A stretch of 64,000 nucleotides of DNA, taken from NCBI GenBank assembly GCA_015486055.1, contig WFSJ01000025.1, positions 1,189 through 65,188 on the forward strand, written 5' to 3'. The DNA comes from Acidobacteriota bacterium (lineage in GTDB: Bacteria; Acidobacteriota; Aminicenantia; S016-38). Below are positions 57,817 through 64,000 of this stretch, piece by piece (position 1 is the stretch's first letter; each line of letters begins with the position of its first letter). The notes below the pieces were generated by a model. That model did not search any database. It saw only the letters and a list, made by a program, of their open reading frames with translations, and was not told where the DNA came from. The position numbers were made by a program, and so were the translations under genes.

Positions 57817-57896
57817 AAGGATTTTCAGATTAGTCTTTCTTCTCATATTGGTTAGAACAGATGACGTGATTATCTTACAGGGAATTCTTGACGAAA
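57817..57896 (+). repeat. 80-bp direct repeat, copy 2
   Basis: Identical to 56942-57021; period 875 bp. Confidence 0.95.
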
Positions 57897-58045
57897 GGAG
57901 CAGGAAGGAAAGGAGCGTTCATTTTTCACTTCACGGTTTTTACTTCTTACATTTCATCGCTCTCAGTGAATATCAAATGAAAGGGTAACTAAGAATTTTT
58001 TTATGGCCTCCACTGGTAAGCATTACTATGCTCTGTAAACTGAGG

Positions 58046-59209
58046 TTAGAAGGAATACTTTATCTCAATAAAAGCCTTTGAGAGCTTCTTGCTCCTTCCG
58101 AAAATGCTGGGCTCAGGTCCCTCAAATATTGATGCTCCTATATACATATTTACACCATCGGAAATTTCATATGTAAATACTGGAAGGAGAAAATAATCTC
58201 CATCGCCAAAATTGTAAACCCCTATGAACCTTAAATTATAATATCCTTCCTTTTTGTAAGAAATCATCCCGGAGGCAGAGTCTCTTTTCCTCCTTTCCAT
58301 TGGGTTCATAAATCCTTCTCTCCATTTAAAAACCCTGTTTTCTATGAATTGAAGGTTGAGAGTTAAATTGTTTGATATATTCCAGTCTGCACCAAGGACA
58401 TACTCGAGATGTGGATTTCTCACAAAGGGGTTGTATCCTTCCCTGTCCTGCGTGAGATAATAAGCTCCTTCTCCTTTGAAAACGAATCTTCCTATTGCAT
58501 AGTCAAAATCAGCACCGAATACCTGCTGAGGTTTATACTCTATGTTCAGAGCGTTTAATTCTGGGATTACAGAGGGGAAAAGTTCAAATCCCCTGAGGTA
58601 TGAAGTTGAAAAATTGAGGCCACCAACAGAAGAGGAAAATCTTACTCCTTCCTGCCAGTTTTCGGGTTTTTGTTCAGGCAGTATTGTCTTTGCCCCTGTA
58701 ATTTCCATCCCCGTTTTGTTGGGTCTAAAAAATGGGACAAAGACAAATTCAAGGCTTGAGGTTCCGAAATACCAGTCCATCTTCGCCGCAGTTACAGAAA
58801 TCCTGTAATCCTCTATCTCAGCGGTCATATTTGTGTAATCCCAGGGAGTTATATTGTCTGTAGGGTTTACCCAGTCCGTTCTTCCCCAGAAGACAAATTG
58901 CTTCCCGAGTTTTAAATCAACAGAGGAAAAATGGAACCTAATGTATGCCTCAACAGGGTAAATTTTAAGAACAGAAGACCTCGGTTCGGAAGGAACTCCT
59001 GTGCTGTTTCTCTCATCAAGATCAAAGTCAAAGGAAGCAAAAAAATCAATGTTTTTTCTCTTCTTTTTCATTGAGAGCTGAAGTCTTGTCCCGTATCTGT
59101 CAAAGCTATATGGCAGGGTGAGTTTTGGATGGGCAAAGAACTTAAGATAACCATGGAAATCGCCTGAGACCAGAATAAGAGGAAACAGCAAAGCTATTAA
59201 TTTTCTCAC
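58046..59209 (-). CDS. Outer-membrane beta-barrel (DUF1302-like)
   Basis: Signal peptide; EAYI, LGKQFVFWGRTDWVNPTD; C-terminal IEIKYSF. Confidence 0.72.
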   Translation of the reverse strand: MRKLIALLFPLILVSGDFHGYLKFFAHPKLTLPYSFDRYGTRLQLSMKKKRKNIDFFASFDFDLDERNSTGVPSEPRSSVLKIYPVEAYIRFHFSSVDLKLGKQFVFWGRTDWVNPTDNITPWDYTNMTAEIEDYRISVTAAKMDWYFGTSSLEFVFVPFFRPNKTGMEITGAKTILPEQKPENWQEGVRFSSSVGGLNFSTSYLRGFELFPSVIPELNALNIEYKPQQVFGADFDYAIGRFVFKGEGAYYLTQDREGYNPFVRNPHLEYVLGADWNISNNLTLNLQFIENRVFKWREGFMNPMERRKRDSASGMISYKKEGYYNLRFIGVYNFGDGDYFLLPVFTYEISDGVNMYIGASIFEGPEPSIFGRSKKLSKAFIEIKYSF

Positions 59210-59973
59210 TGGACTAAGTATCTCTTTGTGAACAGTTCCTTGGAAATCCTCTGATTTATTTTTATCGCTTCAAATTCCATTTCGCTCTGACTTCCTGAGA
59301 GAACATTCTTCATCAAAAGGTCTGTCTGAAACCATATATCCTCTATCTTTTTTATCTCCTTAACATAAAGGACCTTCCACAAGGTGGCTGTCCTGTCGTA
59401 GTATTCTGCGTGGACAATGCTCCAGCGGTTCGGGTCAACCCAGTGGATTATCTTGCTGTATTTAGTATCCTTCTCTATTTTTGGGCCTGAAGGAACAGCT
59501 TCAATTCTATAGCATTTTATACTATTGAACTTCACAAATCCAAGGTTTCTGTATTTCCAGTCCTTGAGTTTTGGCTTTCCTATGTCATAATAGCTAAAAT
59601 CAGAACCCATAAATGCCCCACCCTTCCCGCTTGCAGCAATTCTTTTTATCCTCCTTAGAGCTGGAAGATAAAGATATCTTTCGTCTTCGCCCTTTGAATG
59701 CTCTATCAAAAGAAATGCTGTTCCCTCAATATCAGGAGGATACAGGAATTTCATTACCATATCAGAATCCTGCTCTGTCCTCTTTCTTGAATACAACTTG
59801 ATTTTTCTTGTCCTTGTCCTTCCTCTTACCATAATTTTCATTGTTATTTCCCCTTCCATATCATTCCACTCTGTTTTGTTCACGACCTTTTCCATCACCG
59901 CTCTTCCAGTAAGTTCTTCACTGTAAAGCGGGATTAAAAGAACCACAGTTAAAATTAATGCTAATTTTTTCAT
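59206..59973 (-). CDS. LolA-like outer membrane lipoprotein-sorting protein
   Basis: PPDIEGTAFL, YLPALRRIKRIA, FMGSDFSY. Confidence 0.88.
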   Translation of the reverse strand: MKKLALILTVVLLIPLYSEELTGRAVMEKVVNKTEWNDMEGEITMKIMVRGRTRTRKIKLYSRKRTEQDSDMVMKFLYPPDIEGTAFLLIEHSKGEDERYLYLPALRRIKRIAASGKGGAFMGSDFSYYDIGKPKLKDWKYRNLGFVKFNSIKCYRIEAVPSGPKIEKDTKYSKIIHWVDPNRWSIVHAEYYDRTATLWKVLYVKEIKKIEDIWFQTDLLMKNVLSGSQSEMEFEAIKINQRISKELFTKRYLVQ

Positions 59974-62321
59974 TCTTTCCTCCTTTCCGCTGCCTTTCTC
60001 AGGGACTTTGGCTTGAATGTCACGAAGTATATTGGAAGTAAAGTCAGGGCAGCGAAAGCTGTTGTTATCATTGTCAAAGCAAGAAGGAATCCCATTGCCC
60101 TTGCTCCTTTAAACATTGAGAACACAAGGAGCATGAATCCTGAAGCAACAACAAGAGAGTTAAAAACTATTGCAACCCCTGAGGTCTCCATTGAGGGAGT
60201 AAGGCTCTCATTATAATCTTTGGTTCTCATCTCAAATATGTATCTATGGATAAAATGTATTGCATAATCAACTCCTATTCCAATGGCAAGGCTTGATGTT
60301 ACCATTGTCTGAATATCGAGTGGAATACCAAGGGCTCCCATTATTGCAAAATTGAGGAAGATGCCGAAGAAGAGGGGAACCGCATTGAAAATGCCAATTA
60401 TCGCTGAGCGGAACATTATGGTAGTGAGTGCCCATACCAAAAGAAGTGAAGCAATTAAGCTCAGAAATTGCCCCTTTATCACCATTTTTCTTACAACGAG
60501 AATCAGCTTTGCCATTCCTGTTATGTCTGCCTTTATTCCCTTTGCTCTCTCCCTTAGAAATTTCCGAAGCTCCTTATCAATCTTCCTCAGCTCAGAGTCC
60601 CTGTCTGTTTTCACAAAAATTGCTACCCTTGAATTTCTGTAATTGAAATCAACCATATTTGCGAAGTCCTCAGGGGAAGAAGAAAGCTCATAAAGCTGAA
60701 GAAGCTGGGCAATAAGTTTTTTTCCCTCAACTTTGAAGGTTTTTTCCACTTTTTTGCCACCTTCATAAATAAAAGTCTTCTCTTCCTCTATTTCATTGGG
60801 AATCCTATAATAAGAAGAATCGTTGTCGTGGAGAGCTCTGTTTATGAGCTTTACGAAATCAGCAATGGATTGGGTGGAACCAACATTGGGGAGCTTACTC
60901 ACCTGTGTTTCAAGCTGGTCCATTGTTTTAAGAACCGCTGGTTGCTTAATGTATCCGTCCTTATCCCCTTCAAAAAGGACATAAAATGCAGTTGTGCCTG
61001 CAAAATGTTTATTTACGAACTCCGCTGCTTTTCTTACAGGATTTTTCTTTGGAAACTGAGAAATTGAACTTGATTCAACTTTAAGTTTTGAAACTGCAAC
61101 AACTGAAAGAAGAAGAACTATCAGGATTCCTATTAAAACCCCTTTTTTCTTTCTAACAAGGAAATTTGAATATTTCGTCATTACTCCCCTCAGCATCCCT
61201 TTATCAGTTCTCCAATTCTTACCAGCCTTTATCTTCAAAAGAGAAAGCACAGCAGGAACGAAGGAAAGCGACCATATAAGCGCAGATAAGACTCCAAAGG
61301 CTGAAAACAACCCAAGCTCTTCAAGGGATTCCATGTGGCTCGTGTTGAGAGCGATGAATCCTGCCATTGTTGTGAGGGAGGTCATTATAACAGGGGAATA
61401 TAGGTCATGTACAACATTTTTCACAAGCTCCTTTGCATCGGAATACAGTTTGGCCCTCTGATAATAATGGGTGAGGATGTGAATGCTGTCAGCTATACCT
61501 ATCGCCATTATGAGAATTGGCAACATCTCCGTGGAATGGCTGAGGGGCCTTCCTGTAAGAGCCATAAGCCCAAGGGTCCATATAACACTTGATAGGACAA
61601 CTGTCAATGGAATAAGCACCCCTCTCACACTTGAAAATATGAAAAGAAGGAGTAGGAATATGAGTATTATCCCTGATGTGAAGAATATACCCATATCCTT
61701 AGCTATTCCTTTGCTTATATAGAAATTGACAATTGGCTCCCCTGTTGCAAAGACCTTCCCCTTGTGGTTTTTTGAGAAATTATCAAGGAGGGCAAGGAGC
61801 TTTTGCGAGAATTTTTCCTCATCTGCACTTTTACTTAGAGAAACTATTATTGCGGCTGACTTCCAGTCATCTGCTATTAAGCTTTTAAGAAAGGTAGGGT
61901 TTTGGGAAAGGCGGCTTTTCCAGCTCTCTATGTCCTTTTCAGTTTCGGGAAGATCCCTCAACGCTTCTTCAACATCTATGCCCTCCTGCGGGGCTTCAAT
62001 TATCTTAACATTTGTTGGACTAATTACTGAATATGCTTCGGGAAACTCCTCAAGTTTTCCTGTAAGCTCCGCTATTTCCTTCGCCCCTTCAATAGAGAAA
62101 ACATCCCCTTTATATATCACGATTGCCATTGCTTTTGATGGAAAAATCTCCTTCATCTTATCGTAAAGCCTTTTTGCAGGAATGCTTTTCGGAAGAGCCG
62201 CTGTTATATCAGGGTTCATTTTGAGGTTTTTCATCATATATCCGAAAAATACAGTTATTAGGAAAAGGACTATCAATACTTTCCATGGATTTTTTGCAAC
62301 CCAATTTATATAGCTTTTCAT
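59970..62321 (-). CDS. MMPL/RND family transporter
   Basis: IGIADSIH, MTSLTTMAGF, GIGVDYAIH; duplicated TM/periplasmic architecture. Confidence 0.9.
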   Translation of the reverse strand: MKSYINWVAKNPWKVLIVLFLITVFFGYMMKNLKMNPDITAALPKSIPAKRLYDKMKEIFPSKAMAIVIYKGDVFSIEGAKEIAELTGKLEEFPEAYSVISPTNVKIIEAPQEGIDVEEALRDLPETEKDIESWKSRLSQNPTFLKSLIADDWKSAAIIVSLSKSADEEKFSQKLLALLDNFSKNHKGKVFATGEPIVNFYISKGIAKDMGIFFTSGIILIFLLLLFIFSSVRGVLIPLTVVLSSVIWTLGLMALTGRPLSHSTEMLPILIMAIGIADSIHILTHYYQRAKLYSDAKELVKNVVHDLYSPVIMTSLTTMAGFIALNTSHMESLEELGLFSAFGVLSALIWSLSFVPAVLSLLKIKAGKNWRTDKGMLRGVMTKYSNFLVRKKKGVLIGILIVLLLSVVAVSKLKVESSSISQFPKKNPVRKAAEFVNKHFAGTTAFYVLFEGDKDGYIKQPAVLKTMDQLETQVSKLPNVGSTQSIADFVKLINRALHDNDSSYYRIPNEIEEEKTFIYEGGKKVEKTFKVEGKKLIAQLLQLYELSSSPEDFANMVDFNYRNSRVAIFVKTDRDSELRKIDKELRKFLRERAKGIKADITGMAKLILVVRKMVIKGQFLSLIASLLLVWALTTIMFRSAIIGIFNAVPLFFGIFLNFAIMGALGIPLDIQTMVTSSLAIGIGVDYAIHFIHRYIFEMRTKDYNESLTPSMETSGVAIVFNSLVVASGFMLLVFSMFKGARAMGFLLALTMITTAFAALTLLPIYFVTFKPKSLRKAAERRKE

Positions 62322-62893
62322 TTTATTAACTCATTTAACATTTTCTTGAAGGTTTCGCACTCCTGTTTCAAATCTTCAAACTTCATTCCCTGGGAAAGTT
62401 TTATGGACATTCCAATTACATAACTCCAGATGACCTCAAATATCCCAGAAGCATGACCCTTTAAGGTATTTACCTTTTCATCCAAGGGTTTCCTCATGGT
62501 TGCTATCTCCTCCCTAAACTCCTTCCCCAATAAAATTGGTGAGCTCTTCCCAAAGGGAAAAATCAAGCCCAATATATCCTTTCTTTCCTTGAAGTACTCA
62601 ATATAAAAATCAATTAGAGCGGAAAACACTCCAAAGGCATCTCTCATATTCTTTACTGCCTCATAGGCTTTTCTATAAAAATTAGATGTTTCTCTCAGGG
62701 CAACTTCGTAGAAGAGTTCTTCTTTTGAATGAAAATAATAGTAAAGAATTCCCTTTGAAAGCTCTGCTCTCTCCGCTATTTCATCCATGGATGTCTCTTC
62801 ATAGCCTTTTCTTGAGAAAAGCTTCAGCGCAGCATCAAGAATTTCTTTCTTCCTTGCCTCTCTTTCCCTTTCTTTTCTATCCTTCAAACTCAT
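62318..62893 (-). CDS. TetR/AcrR family regulator
   Basis: ILDAALKLFSRKGYEETSMDEIAERAELSKGILYYYFHSKEEL. Start reassigned to ATG 62893. Confidence 0.93.
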   Translation of the reverse strand: MSLKDRKEREREARKKEILDAALKLFSRKGYEETSMDEIAERAELSKGILYYYFHSKEELFYEVALRETSNFYRKAYEAVKNMRDAFGVFSALIDFYIEYFKERKDILGLIFPFGKSSPILLGKEFREEIATMRKPLDEKVNTLKGHASGIFEVIWSYVIGMSIKLSQGMKFEDLKQECETFKKMLNELIK

Positions 62894-62894
62894 T

Positions 62895-62939
62895 TTGACC
62901 TTATAGTTACATTTTGACTTATCAGTCAATCAATGTCAA
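62895..62939 (-). promoter_or_regulatory. tetR promoter with palindromic operator(s)
   Basis: TTGACA (62939-62934), 17 nt, CAAAAT. Perfect palindrome TTGACT-N4-AGTCAA at 62914-62929 and a degenerate copy GTAACT-ATAA-GGTCAA just upstream of the ATG. Confidence 0.65.
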
Positions 62940-62973
62940 GGATTTTTTCTTGAAAATAAAGTAAAATATTCAG

Positions 62974-64000
62974 GTGAAATGGATTGTATTTTCCCTTTTC
63001 CTCTTGGGAGCTTTCGTTTGTTTCCTTATGACTTCTCCTCTGGGCTTTGCTCTTCCCGAAATAATATCCCCTATATTTATTTTAATTTCTGCATTTCTCT
63101 ATGGAAAACTCATCCTAAGGGAAGAAAGAAGCGTTGATATTCCAATAGCACTGGGCCTTGTTATAGTTTATTTTTTGTCCTTTCTCATAGGGATATTCAA
63201 ACTGTATTATGCTTTGCCCCTTGCAGTTCTTGTGCTTCTTCCATTTGTAAAACCGAATTTCAGAAAAACTGATCTTCACCTTCACTGGGGTCTTCTCCTG
63301 ACTTTGCCTTCTCTTCTTCTTGTGCTGCCTTTCTCTCTTCTTCCCCCTGTCTTTTACGACGATCTCGTCTATCATTTAGGAACCCCAAATTACTATCTAA
63401 TCCATCATGGAATTGTGTTTTTTCCCTCACATTTTTATTCAAACCTTCCTGTGCTTCAGGCAACGATTTTTTCGCCTCTGCTCAAATTCTTCGGCTCCCC
63501 ACAGTTTTTCAATCTTCTGACCTTGAGTATTACAGGTTACTCAATTTTCCTTCTTTCAAAGGACTTCGGTCTTGAGGGCTGGATAGCTGCTCTTCTTGCG
63601 ATATCAATGCCCATGTCAGTCTTTCTTGCCTCAACTTCCAAAGATGATCTCCTCGTTGCCTTTTTTATAACAACAGGCACAAGGGCATTTTTCAAATGGA
63701 GGGATGGAAAACTCCCAATCTATATTCCCGGGATGATTTTTGGAGCAGCCATATCAACAAAATACACAGCGCTTATAGCTCTAACTATATTTATACTCTT
63801 GCTTTTAGTAATGAATAAAATAAAGCTGAGGCAGGCAATAATCATTTCAGTAATTGCAGGGGGTGTTTTTCTTCCCATTTTGGCGAAGAACACTGTTATG
63901 ACAGGAAACCCGATATACCCTTATATAATTGGCGGAAAGGATATGCCTATAGAAAGACTTCGGATTGTAAAAAGGGATGTCGGCGGGAGAATTTCTTTTT
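62974..64000 (+). CDS. Polytopic membrane protein, probable GT-C fold glycosyltransferase (partial, runs off the right edge)
   Basis: Not in the ORF track. Open frame from GTG 62974 to the window end; FYDDLVYHL, SKDD, STKYT, TGNPIYP. Confidence 0.65.
   Translation, partial: MKWIVFSLFLLGAFVCFLMTSPLGFALPEIISPIFILISAFLYGKLILREERSVDIPIALGLVIVYFLSFLIGIFKLYYALPLAVLVLLPFVKPNFRKTDLHLHWGLLLTLPSLLLVLPFSLLPPVFYDDLVYHLGTPNYYLIHHGIVFFPSHFYSNLPVLQATIFSPLLKFFGSPQFFNLLTLSITGYSIFLLSKDFGLEGWIAALLAISMPMSVFLASTSKDDLLVAFFITTGTRAFFKWRDGKLPIYIPGMIFGAAISTKYTALIALTIFILLLLVMNKIKLRQAIIISVIAGGVFLPILAKNTVMTGNPIYPYIIGGKDMPIERLRIVKRDVGGRISF

Noticed and set aside
56902-57857. Integron attC interpretation of the repeat region (TAACTGAAAATC...GATTTTCAGATTA arm pair at 56902-56957, GCATAAC after the HEPN stop, GTTAGAA inside the repeat)
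   Set aside because: R''/R' boxes are not complementary in both copies, identity extends on both sides of the GTT, and no integrase is in the window.
56942-57896. CRISPR array
   Set aside because: Only two 80-bp copies separated by genes; no cas genes.
57897-57965. Purine-rich then pyrimidine-rich tract after repeat copy 2
   Set aside because: No ORF, regular period or stable hairpin; probably a decayed remnant.
63415-63440. Frameshift in the T-runs of the last membrane gene
   Set aside because: A recount shows the frame stays open (VFFPSHFYSNLP) to the window end; the ORF is missing from the track only because it is incomplete.

Overview
Gene-dense, AT-rich chromosomal segment of a diderm bacterium. 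MsbA, TolC and type IV minor pilins indicate an outer membrane, and the Lys/Glu/Ile-rich proteins suggest a thermophile; taxonomy cannot be established from this window. Standard genetic code. Positions 1-42.9 kb are mostly housekeeping: smc end, nfi, groESL, purC, yloC-remA-gmk-coaBC, msbA, psd-pssA, thiE, tRNA-Lys/tRNA-Glu, gatCA, mpl, glmS, rmuC, cysS, galT, thyX, glgC. They also hold a sigma-54-type pilY1/minor-pilin operon and two routes to a sugar-glycerate compatible solute. Positions 43-63 kb look accessory: S9 peptidase, archaeal-type asparagine synthetase, TPS/TPP fusion plus a TreT-like enzyme, an RND pump with an embedded metallophosphoesterase, an MNT-HEPN pair bracketed by an exact 80-bp direct repeat, and a TetR-MMPL-LolA-like-outer membrane protein operon. 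Best novelty candidate: an unannotated leader ORF ending in NANLNLSNNNVPHT that runs into a perfect 8-bp hairpin between a consensus promoter and the asparagine synthetase gene, i.e. a putative asparagine-sensing attenuator. Other oddities: an in-frame TGA in an Asd/Usg-like gene and a ~46-aa insertion in ThyX. All assignments come from motif recognition by eye; no searches were run.
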